DNA from: Cenarchaeum sp. | GTDB taxonomy: Archaea; Thermoproteota; Nitrososphaeria; Nitrososphaerales; Nitrosopumilaceae | Direction of reading: 5' to 3' | NCBI GenBank assembly: GCA_963693095.2 | Contig: OY843768.1 | Coordinates: 1,728,001-1,792,000, forward strand | Length of the DNA stretch: 64,000 bases | Shown: piece by piece, positions 51,512 to 60,635 of the stretch | Layout of the letters: each line of letters begins with the position of its first letter | Numbering within the stretch: position 1 is the first letter of the stretch | Position numbers and translations under genes: made by a program | The notes under the pieces: model-generated | The model's input: the letters and a program-made list of their open reading frames with translations, nothing else | Databases searched by the model: none | What the model was told of the DNA's origin: nothing

Positions 51512-52073
51512 AGGCTGTCGGACAGGAGCATTATAAACATATCTCTGGGCCTCGTGCGTAATCCTGTGGGTCACCCCTGGATGCGCTCAACCACGCATTG
51601 CCCTGAACCAGTTCTGGCACATGTTCGACTATTGGGGTCTGACTGGACTAGATCGCCGTCGGAACGCTGTCCCTGCGATCACAACTTGTCAACACAACGG
51701 ATCAACTTTGTAAAGAATTGTTGCGGGATCATGACAAAAGCATGCACGAGTGTTAATTGCAGATGACGGGATCAACACGCGCGATCATGATCGCAAACGA
51801 TCACCATGCCGATCCAACAACGGTGCACCCATTGTGTGTTGGAGCCAGGTGGGCAGAATGGTAGAATGGAAGGCCTACGTAGACGAATCGGGCAAGGATG
51901 GAAAAAGTACCCATTTTGTACTCGCGTGCATTACAGGAAGTCCAGAAAATCTGATAAGATTAATTGACAGTATACGTGGATTTAAACGTGGATTGATGCC
52001 AGAATATGATCCTGGCGTATGGGAACTACATGGGAAAAATATAATGCGAGGGTATGGACGCAAAAAAAACCTA

Positions 52074-53173
52074 TACTGCCGATCAAAAGTCCGTGCCGCA
52101 TTCCAGCGACGTCCGGCCCAGGTATGCCATCACGTCGAGCCGGTACCTCGTGTGCCTGAAGTGCCGTGACACCGCCGTCCGCATCTCCCCCATGGTGGGG
52201 TAGTGCTCGGAGACCAGCAGCGCCCGCTTTGCCTGCCGCCACACCTCCTCGATCGCGTTGAGGTACGGCGAGCCGGTGGGCAGCTCGATCAGCCTCACCG
52301 CCCTGTGGGCGCGAAGATAGTCCCTCACCGCCGCGGCCCTGTGCTGCGGCGCCCTGTCGACGATCACGGCGACCCTGCCGAACCTCCTGCGCATGTCGCG
52401 CAGGAACGCGACAAACGTCTCCGCATCGAACCTGTCGCGCACCCGGAAGATCTGCTTCCCGTCAGTGGAGATCGCGCCGTACACCACGACCCTCCTGTGG
52501 CCCCCGGTGTACGGGGCGACGACGGGGACGCCCACGAGCGACCAGTACTTTGATCCGCCGGCGGCGCCGTGCACGGCGATGGTCTCGTCCTGCACCACGA
52601 CGGTGAATCCGGCGCGCCTGAGGCGCCTTATCTTGCGCCGCACCCTGCGCTGCCAGCTGGCTACAGTCGGCCCGTCGGCCCTGTTCACGTGCACCAGGCG
52701 CGTCCGCTTGGCGGAGAGGCCGGCCCTGCGCATTATTTTCCTGACGTACGACATGTGGAACCTCACGCCGGTGGCCAGCTCGATCTCCAGCATGACCTCT
52801 GCGGGCGTGACGCGCCCGGGCATTCGGCCAATCAGGCGGCCAAGCCTCTGCCGCGCGACCAGCGGCGGCCTGCCGGGGCGGGGGCGGTCCCGCAGGGCCT
52901 CGACACCGCCACTCCGGTAGCGCGCGACCCACTTGCCGACCCACCTGGGGCACTGCATGAGCGCAAGTGCGACCTCCTCGCGCGTCATCCCCCGGTTCTC
53001 GTGCATGTTGACCGCGGCAAACCTGTACCTGACGTCGGCGTCCCTCTCGTCGCGGAGTGCCCTGCGGAACGCTTCCAGCTCTTGGCCTTCCATGCGGGGC
53101 GTGGGGAGGGGCGATCCATATAGCATGCGGGTCGGGAAAGTTTGATCATGGCACGAACTTTTGCTCGTCAGTA
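52074..53173 (-). mobile_element. IS630-family element, 1100 bp
   Basis: Imperfect TIRs TACTGCCGATCAAAAGTCCGTGCC / TACTGACGAGCAAAAGTTCGTGCC; TA duplication in a CTAG target. Confidence 0.93.
52083..53093 (-). CDS. IS630 transposase
   Basis: HTH (WVGKWVARYR...GRPP); DDE motifs QDET, VDRAPQH, SPYLNAIEEVW. Confidence 0.95.
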   Translation of the reverse strand: MEGQELEAFRRALRDERDADVRYRFAAVNMHENRGMTREEVALALMQCPRWVGKWVARYRSGGVEALRDRPRPGRPPLVARQRLGRLIGRMPGRVTPAEVMLEIELATGVRFHMSYVRKIMRRAGLSAKRTRLVHVNRADGPTVASWQRRVRRKIRRLRRAGFTVVVQDETIAVHGAAGGSKYWSLVGVPVVAPYTGGHRRVVVYGAISTDGKQIFRVRDRFDAETFVAFLRDMRRRFGRVAVIVDRAPQHRAAAVRDYLRAHRAVRLIELPTGSPYLNAIEEVWRQAKRALLVSEHYPTMGEMRTAVSRHFRHTRYRLDVMAYLGRTSLECGTDF

Positions 53174-53677
53174 TAGGTCCGCGAATAAAGCCTCTTGCAC
53201 AAAAAATAGCTATTTTTAACGCAATAGTGAATCTTGTATATGAATTTGATATTAGTATTCTTGGGACAGTAACAACTAATAAAAAACTATCTAAAAAATA
53301 TGATCAAGACCATGTTCTAACATACGCAATGACAACCTTGTTTGAGCGTCTTGAAAAGCTTGTATATACTCAACCAATAGATAGCATTCACATAGTCTCG
53401 GACTTTGTGCCGCCCAATGATCAGAAAACAATTGCCACAGCTTTTGACAATTTTAAACACACCAGTGGCATTATACCAAAAATACAAACTAGCCGTGTGA
53501 CTGGAATAGATTATGTTAACTCGCGAGATGACGTGCTTATACAGGCAGCGGATATAATAGCATATGTTATAAACAGATATAGAAACGGAGACAATAATTT
53601 TGCAAACATGTCTGCAAAACTAACAAAACTCGTCAAAACATATGACGGCGGCATACATGACCCTTTTATTATATCTT

Positions 53678-53758
53678 AAAGTCGAGACGGCGGAGCGGCT
53701 ATACAACCGCAGCCGCCGCCTCTGGGGTGGCCATCAGACCGGCTTTTCACCTTGAATC
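53678..53758 (-). ncRNA. DUF3800-associated RNA, copy 5 (3' end abuts the DUF3800 stop codon)
   Basis: Nearly identical to copy 1 with a compensatory G-C to A-U pair; TTTATTAA 26 nt upstream; flanks divergent from the array. Confidence 0.76.
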
Positions 53759-54064
53759 GGGTGGCACGTGTGGGACTTAATAAATTCTTTGAAGAATTCA
53801 CACACTATCAGCGTCGCGGCTAGTCGAGGATGGCTTCGAGAGCCGTACTTCTAGATGCCGTGTCCGTTCTGCGTACCACGGCTGTATCAGACCCAACACT
53901 CGCCAGCTGTTGTGTCTTGACACATCGGAGCTTTCGTCCCGCGAGAACTTTCACATTGCGTGGCACTGACAGAACTCTTACTTGCGAGCATAGTTGTATA
54001 ACCTAAATAATTGGTGAAAGGCACAAAGATCGATATCATGGGCGCATAACACTTGTTATTGTTT

Positions 54065-54144
54065 AGAAAACAGGTCGACGGTGCAGAATACGCCTGCACC
54101 CGCCGTCCCTAGGGCGGTCCTCTGCTATGGACTCACCTTGAGTC
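54065..54144 (-). ncRNA. DUF3800-associated RNA, copy 6 (divergent)
   Basis: GACUCAAGGUG-A-GUCC(AUAGCAGA)GGAC-CGCC-CUAG...UGCAGG(CGUAU)UCUGCA...GUUUUCU; TTTATTTAAA 26 nt upstream. Confidence 0.72.
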
Positions 54145-54518
54145 AAGTGGCGAGTAGGGGTTTAAATAAACTATTTGGTAAAATCGACGTGTGGGGTCGT
54201 CGCCTTTGTCTACTCATGTGCTTGGGCTGGTGTCGTTGTGATGAGTAGATCGGCAGATCCTCCTATTTGACCAAGTGAGCAGAGAGGTGCTGACCTTGTA
54301 CAAATCACCTATCTCTGAAATGCTATATTTTTCTTGATTTACATATGATAAGTTACGAAGTGATTTTGATGTGTTTATCATAATTCATTCAAACTGTAGA
54401 TGCATATACGTGGATCATCCTCATGATTTGATACTCGAACCAACACTGTATCATAATGTTCGTTAGTGTTGTTTTTTTATATGAACTAGAATATTTGAAA
54501 ATTTATTTTGGTATCATT

Positions 54519-55502
54519 TTACTCTGTTTTCACAAGCTTAAGAATTTCAGCAAGTGATTGGTTTACATTTTTCAGCAATTCATATTTTAGGCTAGATGCC
54601 GCATTTTCAATATTTGTACACTTCCCTAGCGCCTTTATCATATCACGTTTAGCTTCTTCGCACACTCTCTCAATTTCCATTTTGTTTATTGCCGTTGATG
54701 ATGTTCTTTTAGCTGCCATCTTTATACATGCCATTTGGCAAACCATTTTTAAGATTCCCGGAAGCTCCACACCAACCTTTTCCATCCCACATGCCATATA
54801 CTGTTCTCCGAGCGTGCCAATTGTATCAACATTAGACAGATCTTCAACGTTTCGTGCTATAAACACTCCAAAATTAGCATCGTGGTTCTTGACAGCCTTG
54901 GATATCTCATCCATGACGTACTCGGGCGACATGTCCTTTCTATTCTTAATTTCGAACACCACTCTCCCCTCTTTGAAATCTACTATGCAGTCTCCTTTTC
55001 TATTTTCTTTTGCCGACTTGGTGCCCACCCTCCTGAATGGCACGTCCATGGTACTTGCAATATCGCGGATCATATGGGCGACAAGATTTTCATATTCTTT
55101 GCCTGCATCGGTTGGAGATCTTTCGTGCTCTCTACTTCCAAACGTAGACAGCTTTTCAATCGCCTCGTTGAGAAATTTTCTGAGCGTATCATCACTTTGT
55201 TCCAAGTTATCTTTGACTCTTTTTTCACTATCTTCTATGGCCTGCTTCATAGCTTGCCTTACATCCTCCACGTTCGTCATCATGGTTATTGTGTGCGCCT
55301 TTACTTTTTCGCCCAAAAACTCTATTTTTGCTCCTTCTCCAGATATGTCAATAGCCGACAAATACACATCTATTGCACGTTCTATAAACTCAATCCTTGA
55401 ATCAGTGTCAATCTTGTTAATTGCTGCAGCGATCTTTCCATTGTCAATGACCACTTCGTTCAAAATAACCTGCGTGCCTGTAACAGTTACCGATGCCATC
55501 AT
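54519..55502 (-). CDS. Coiled-coil protein with a PD-(D/E)XK nuclease-like domain (DUF2130/RmuC-like)
   Basis: GKEYE...KGDCIV...VVFEIKN motif flanked by heptad helices; AT-rich. Confidence 0.65.
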   Translation of the reverse strand: MMASVTVTGTQVILNEVVIDNGKIAAAINKIDTDSRIEFIERAIDVYLSAIDISGEGAKIEFLGEKVKAHTITMMTNVEDVRQAMKQAIEDSEKRVKDNLEQSDDTLRKFLNEAIEKLSTFGSREHERSPTDAGKEYENLVAHMIRDIASTMDVPFRRVGTKSAKENRKGDCIVDFKEGRVVFEIKNRKDMSPEYVMDEISKAVKNHDANFGVFIARNVEDLSNVDTIGTLGEQYMACGMEKVGVELPGILKMVCQMACIKMAAKRTSSTAINKMEIERVCEEAKRDMIKALGKCTNIENAASSLKYELLKNVNQSLAEILKLVKTE

Positions 55503-55601
55503 CACACGTCTCAATACTGTGGATTATAAGGCTTGCTTGAACCGTCATACCGACCCTCGCCACCTAGTCCGCAAGGGTGGTGGCAGCCAAGTCTTTTATT
55601 T

Positions 55602-56111
55602 TCACTTGCTGCGGCCAACATACGCCAAAACCGCGCATATCGTCTTTGAGTCCTGTATCTTGCCGGCGAGGATCATCTTGACGAGCCTGTCAAGGTCCAT
55701 CTTTACAACCGTGATAAACTCGTCATTGTCTGGGTCGATCTCGGCGACCTTTACGGCGCGCCGCGCCAGATAGCAGTGTATGACCTCCATGTTGTAGCCT
55801 ATTGAGGGATAGTACGCAATCAGGCGCGAGAGGCGCCCTGACCTGTGCCCTGTCTCCTCCATGAGCTCGCGCGAGGCGCACGCGCGCGGGTCCTCGCCGC
55901 GCTCTAGCGTGCCGGCCGGTATCTCTAGGACATACCCGAGCGGAAAGCGGTGCTGCCTTACTAGGACCACCTTTCCGTCCTCATCAAAGGCCAGGACAGC
56001 GGCTGCCCCACCATGCTCTATAATCTCGCGCCGCACGCGCCTTCCCTCCACCGTTATGTCGTGAACGGTGAGGCCGACGATCTTGCCCCTGTATATCGTC
56101 CTCTTGCCCAT
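55602..56111 (-). CDS. NUDIX hydrolase (ADP-ribose pyrophosphatase-like)
   Basis: EIPAGTLE...RELMEETG Nudix box. Confidence 0.93.
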   Translation of the reverse strand: MGKRTIYRGKIVGLTVHDITVEGRRVRREIIEHGGAAAVLAFDEDGKVVLVRQHRFPLGYVLEIPAGTLERGEDPRACASRELMEETGHRSGRLSRLIAYYPSIGYNMEVIHCYLARRAVKVAEIDPDNDEFITVVKMDLDRLVKMILAGKIQDSKTICAVLAYVGRSK

Positions 56112-57020
56112 TCACTGCGCACCTGCCATCGGTGCTATGTGGAGCGTCGGGGACTCTATTGCCTCGCGAAGGGCCGGCTCTGCCCATTCCTGCAGAAAGA
56201 GCATCCTCTTTGGTATAAACAGGTCTGCCGAGACGACACCGTCAGCATCTCGAACCTTCTGCGTCAGGCCGTCAAGGCCATAGATGCTCTCACTCTGCAA
56301 GAACAGCACTATCTGGTTTGTCGTGAGTATCGGATCCTGCATAAAGTGCCCACCGAGCAGCTCGCGCAGCCTGACTGCGGCCTCGGCCGGCTCGTCACTC
56401 ACTCCGGCGAGTATGACGTGCGGTATGTATGGCGCGGCCTTCATTGGGTCATAGACTGCCATAAACTGGACAGACCTGTCCTCGCGAAGCTTTTCGATCG
56501 AGCGCGTGACTGTCTTGGAGGAGAATCCGGTCGCGTTAGCGACAGTCTCGACTGCGGCCCTGGGGTCCTCCATGAGGGCCGCCATTATCGCAAGGTCGGT
56601 CCTAGTCAGGCGTGCGCGATACGACGGTGCCTCGGCCTCAAATATCGTCAAGAGGCGCATGTCGCGCCAGAGCTCGCGCGCAAGGCGTATCTTTTCTTGC
56701 ACGTCGCCAGTCACGGCAACCCCGCAGACCGTTATGCCGCCGACGCACGGAACGACGACAAAGGGCTCGCCGACTAGCCTGACCTGCGACATTATCGCAT
56801 CAGTGTCCTGTCCCGAAACTGCGGCAAAAAAGGCGCCGCGGCCCAGGGCCGGCGGCTCGACCTTTAGCGTATAGCGCAGGATAAGCCCGTTGCGCTCCAT
56901 CCTCTCGACCCTTGAGCGAACCGCGCCGCCGGAGAGGCCGACGCGCAGGCCGACCTGCCTGTCAGGCATCCTGCAGTCGTTGAGGAGGCACGAGAGGACC
57001 CCCATGTCCATGCTGTCCAT
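56112..57020 (-). CDS. Lrp/AsnC-family regulator with a duplicated HTH
   Basis: Two HTH modules (DCRMPDRQVG and EDPRAAVETVA). Confidence 0.85.
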   Translation of the reverse strand: MDSMDMGVLSCLLNDCRMPDRQVGLRVGLSGGAVRSRVERMERNGLILRYTLKVEPPALGRGAFFAAVSGQDTDAIMSQVRLVGEPFVVVPCVGGITVCGVAVTGDVQEKIRLARELWRDMRLLTIFEAEAPSYRARLTRTDLAIMAALMEDPRAAVETVANATGFSSKTVTRSIEKLREDRSVQFMAVYDPMKAAPYIPHVILAGVSDEPAEAAVRLRELLGGHFMQDPILTTNQIVLFLQSESIYGLDGLTQKVRDADGVVSADLFIPKRMLFLQEWAEPALREAIESPTLHIAPMAGAQ

Positions 57021-57136
57021 ATGTGATGTCAGGTGGTCATTTAGGTCATATTTTAGACTTTTTATGCCTAGAATTGTCCCAACCATGCCGCAGGTATGGG
57101 AAATACCTTAAATATAAGACGCTTTTATCCTATCGC

Positions 57137-58324
57137 ATGGACTATCGCGTGCGCCTCGCGCTTCGCATGCTGACGAGCCGCAGGGGCAGCATGATCGGGG
57201 CGATCCTAGCCATCACCGTGGGCATCCTAGTCATACACGTCAACTTTGTCATATTCCAGGGCCTCTATGACGCGTTTGTTCGCGACATGAAGGCATACCA
57301 GTTTGGCGACATTTACGTGACCAACGAGGAGGACTATATCGACAAGTCTGACTCGCTCCTAGTGGGATGGTTTGAGCGCCTTCCGCAGGTCTCGGCGGCG
57401 GCCCCGCGGCTAGGCTCGTCGGCATCGGTAAACGCGACTGGGACGGGCATGCGCTATGAGGAGTTTGGCATACCCATAGTCGGCGTCGACCCGCGCTATG
57501 ACATGCGCGCATCGGCAATGCACGAGACTGTGACTGAGGGCCAGTACGTCACGTCACGCTCGTCGATGGTCATCGGCGCCTCTGTTGCGCGCGACCTTGG
57601 CGGCCTGCAGATCGGCGACAACATCCGCATAAAGATAGTCGACCGTTGGGGCATTGACCAGTTTAGGCGGTTCACGATCAGCGGAATATCCGAGTCCGCC
57701 GGCGGGGCCGGCATGGACATGAGCCTCATAATGCACATCGACACGCTGCGCGACATACTCGACCGCAAGGACGCGAGCGGCTCGATGATAGTAAGGCTCA
57801 ACGAGCCCCTTGAGGCAGCGAACGTGCGCGACTTGTTCCTTGCGTCATTTTCCGCTGATGACTTTAAGGCCGAGACCATTGAAGAGGCAGCCGAGTCGCA
57901 GCTTGCCGGATTCCGCTCTGGCATTGCGATGATCAACATGATCGGCCTCTTTGGAATGATGTCCGCCGCCTTTGCGATCGTGACGATACAGATGATGATA
58001 GTGAGCGGCAAGACACGCGAGATTGGCATAATGCGCGCCATTGGCGCTCGCCGCAAGGACATACTCGTCATCTTTATCGCACAGGGCATGATCATGGGCG
58101 CTGTTGGCGCCGCCACTGGCACCGCAGTGGGCCTCGGCTATACGGTATACGCAAAGGAGACAAAGATGAGCTTTTCAGGGAGCATTGCCCTAGAGGTGAC
58201 CTACAACTGGGCCGCCATTGGGCGCACGGCACTCCTCGCCTTTGGGCTAGCAGTGATTGCGTCGATATACCCGTCGTACAAGGCTACCAAGCTCCTGCCA
58301 GTGGAGGCGATGCGCTATGGCTGA
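57137..58324 (+). CDS. ABC transporter permease (MacB/LolE type)
   Basis: KTREIGIMRAIGA and YPSYKATKLLPVEAMR motifs. Confidence 0.92.
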   Translation: MDYRVRLALRMLTSRRGSMIGAILAITVGILVIHVNFVIFQGLYDAFVRDMKAYQFGDIYVTNEEDYIDKSDSLLVGWFERLPQVSAAAPRLGSSASVNATGTGMRYEEFGIPIVGVDPRYDMRASAMHETVTEGQYVTSRSSMVIGASVARDLGGLQIGDNIRIKIVDRWGIDQFRRFTISGISESAGGAGMDMSLIMHIDTLRDILDRKDASGSMIVRLNEPLEAANVRDLFLASFSADDFKAETIEEAAESQLAGFRSGIAMINMIGLFGMMSAAFAIVTIQMMIVSGKTREIGIMRAIGARRKDILVIFIAQGMIMGAVGAATGTAVGLGYTVYAKETKMSFSGSIALEVTYNWAAIGRTALLAFGLAVIASIYPSYKATKLLPVEAMRYG

Positions 58325-59012
58325 TGCGGTCCTTGAGATAAGCGGCCTCTCAAAGGTGTACGGCGCGGGCAAGGTCGGAGTCATCCAGACACGCGCGCTG
58401 CGCGATGTCTCACTCACCGTCATGCGCGGCGAGTTTCTCCTCATTGTGGGCAGCTCGGGCTCGGGCAAGTCCACGCTGCTCAACATGATCGGCCTCCTGG
58501 ACCGGCCCACGACGGGCAGCATAAAGATAGACGGCGTCGAGACCTCTGGCCTGACTGACGGCGAGCTCTCGTCGTTTCGCAGCTCGCGTCTCGGCTTTGT
58601 CTTCCAGTTCTCAAACCTCCTTGCCGAGCTGAGCGTGATTGAGAACGTCGAGCTGCCCCAAAAGATACTCGGTGATGCGCCTGCCGGCGCGTCGAGTGCG
58701 GCAAAGCTCCTAGAGGCCGTCGACATGCGCGATCAGATGCACAAGCGGGCCAATGCGATATCCGGCGGGCAGGCCCAGCGGGCAGCCATCGCGCGCGGCC
58801 TCATCAACCGTCCGGCCCTCGTCCTCGCCGACGAGCCCACCGGCAACCTCGATTCCAAGACTGCGTCGACTACGATCGAACTCATGAAGTCCATGGCACG
58901 CGAGATGGGCCAGACGTTTGTCATAGTGACGCATGACAGGCACCAGTTCGGCGACGTTGACAGGGTCATATCGATAAAGGACGGCATGGCGCACGAGGGT
59001 GAGCTCGAGTGA
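58317..59012 (+). CDS. ABC transporter ATP-binding protein (LolD type)
   Basis: GSSGSGKST, SGGQ, LADEPTGNLD motifs. Confidence 0.95.
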   Translation: MADAVLEISGLSKVYGAGKVGVIQTRALRDVSLTVMRGEFLLIVGSSGSGKSTLLNMIGLLDRPTTGSIKIDGVETSGLTDGELSSFRSSRLGFVFQFSNLLAELSVIENVELPQKILGDAPAGASSAAKLLEAVDMRDQMHKRANAISGGQAQRAAIARGLINRPALVLADEPTGNLDSKTASTTIELMKSMAREMGQTFVIVTHDRHQFGDVDRVISIKDGMAHEGELE

Positions 59013-60307
59013 GCGCGCCCATGCTCGCCGCCGTGGCCATCGTGGCAGCAGCGCTCGGCGCATGCACGGCGGCCCCGCTCGTGCTGCCAGAGGCCGACGC
59101 GCAGACGCCGTCTCCCTTTGATCGCAAGTTTGGCGGCATACGCTACCTTGATGCCTACTTTGGCCTTCCGTCCGCAAAGATGGAGGTTCGGCCAGGTGAT
59201 GCCAACGTGCCAATCACAGTCGCAATCGCCAACGTGGGCACGCATGACATCACGGGAATACGCGGCCAGCTCGCACTCCCCCTGGCCCTGAGCGCGCATG
59301 ACGGCTCGCGCGCGGCAATTGCCGACGCCGAGGACAATGCCAACGCCGGCGAGACGTTCTACCTGACGTTCTATGTCAATGTCAGCCCACAGGCAACCAT
59401 CGACGAGCATCCTGCGACGGTAAGGGTGGACTATTCGCGCATTCGCGAGTCCGGAACGCGCAACGAGTTTTTCGAGTTTAACATTGACGTGACTGGCGAC
59501 AGTGTGATAAACGCAAGCGCGCGCGACTCGTTCATCACGTCGCTTCGCGAGAACAGCGTTATCATTGACGTCTCAAACTCGGGAACCGCGCAGGTTTCTG
59601 GAGTCGAGGTGATTGCGTCTAGCACACAGGTTGACTCTGCCCAGTCAATGACGAACATTGACAATGTCGTCATACGCGAGTCGAGCTGGGATCTCGGCAA
59701 CATCGGTCCCGGCGAGTCGCGCGCACTCGAGGCGCACGTGTACGTCCCCGGCTCGCTCAGCGGCGACGTCCTGCGCGTCCCGCTCGCAATATCGTACATC
59801 AACGCGCAGGGCGACACGCAGTCAATCACTCGCATCGCCGACCTCTACGTGCGCGGCCTCATCGACGCGCGCATATACGACGTGCGGGTTGCGGATCTTG
59901 GGGGCCGCCCGACCATAGTCGGCGACGTCATAAACGAGGGCAACGAGGATGCGCTCTTTGGCTTTGCGTCCCTTGTGCCGCTTGGCGGCTCAAACCTTGC
60001 CGCCTCGATACAGTTTATAGACGAGATCGAGACTGACTCGCCCGTGCCATTTAGCATGCCCGTCGAGTTTGAGGGCGAGGCGCGCTATGGCGAGCATGAC
60101 ATCCGCATCGACGTGCGCTTCAAGGACTCGACGCGCGAGGAGACGATCATATCGTACGAGACGACTGTGGTCATACCCGAGCCAGTCGTCGAGGAGGACA
60201 ACACGTCCAACATGCTCGCGCTCCTCCTCGCCGCGCCCGTGGCAGTGGGTGCGGTCGTCCTCGTGCGACGGCGCAGGCGCGCGCGCCACACGCCTGACAT
60301 GCAATGA
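59009..60307 (+). CDS. COG1361-type S-layer domain protein
   Basis: Signal peptide; repeated N.G beta-sandwiches; C-terminal TM with basic tail; typical neighbour of this ABC type. Confidence 0.78.
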   Translation: MSAPMLAAVAIVAAALGACTAAPLVLPEADAQTPSPFDRKFGGIRYLDAYFGLPSAKMEVRPGDANVPITVAIANVGTHDITGIRGQLALPLALSAHDGSRAAIADAEDNANAGETFYLTFYVNVSPQATIDEHPATVRVDYSRIRESGTRNEFFEFNIDVTGDSVINASARDSFITSLRENSVIIDVSNSGTAQVSGVEVIASSTQVDSAQSMTNIDNVVIRESSWDLGNIGPGESRALEAHVYVPGSLSGDVLRVPLAISYINAQGDTQSITRIADLYVRGLIDARIYDVRVADLGGRPTIVGDVINEGNEDALFGFASLVPLGGSNLAASIQFIDEIETDSPVPFSMPVEFEGEARYGEHDIRIDVRFKDSTREETIISYETTVVIPEPVVEEDNTSNMLALLLAAPVAVGAVVLVRRRRRARHTPDMQ

Positions 60308-60338
60308 TTATATCCCAACGGGGGGCGCCTCGCGCCCA

Positions 60339-60635
60339 ATGTCTGGCGACGAGATAGATGTCCCACTAGATGTCCGCGAGGACCTGCCGTCCTGGGTCGA
60401 GGAGACCCGCCTCGGCGACAGGCGCGGGGCCATCGCACAGTACCGCTATGGCAACCTCCACATACGCCGCTACGCCGACAGGTACACAGTCCACGTCGAT
60501 CACGCCGACCCGCGCCGTGACCCCGTGGGCCACATTCTCCATGACGCCCCCGAGGTTCTCCTCGGGGCAGTTGCCGCCCCGTTCCTCGGATATGCCACAT
60601 ACCTCCTCGCAAAGAGGCTGCGCGGTGAGTCATGA
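60339..60635 (+). CDS. Small conserved archaeal protein
   Basis: QYRYGNLHIRRY...VHVDHADPRRDPVGHILHDAPE. Confidence 0.7.
   Translation: MSGDEIDVPLDVREDLPSWVEETRLGDRRGAIAQYRYGNLHIRRYADRYTVHVDHADPRRDPVGHILHDAPEVLLGAVAAPFLGYATYLLAKRLRGES

Larger units (their letters stand above)
50934..51574. repeat. Tandem array of four 158-bp units, each an RNA cassette plus promoter
   Basis: GCCATATTTTAGAAACGGGAC recurs at 50947, 51105, 51263 and 51421. Confidence 0.97.
51858..53679 (+). pseudogene. DUF3800-family (RNase H-like fold) protein interrupted by IS630
   Basis: Joining 51858..52073 to 53176..53679 restores a 239-aa frame with AYVDESG, WELHG, IVSD and IQAADIIAY motifs. Confidence 0.88.

Noticed and set aside
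50934-51574. CRISPR array
   Set aside because: The period is 158 bp with near-identical units and no unique spacers, and there are no cas genes in the window.
52081-53147. IS boundaries defined by a GATC duplication
   Set aside because: Both GATC sites lie inside the element. Longer TIRs and a TA duplication in CTAG place the ends at 52074 and 53173, and the second IS has the same terminus.
54508-55773. 421-aa plus-strand ORF and the many other long antisense ORFs
   Set aside because: Shadows of real genes on the opposite strand; no motifs.
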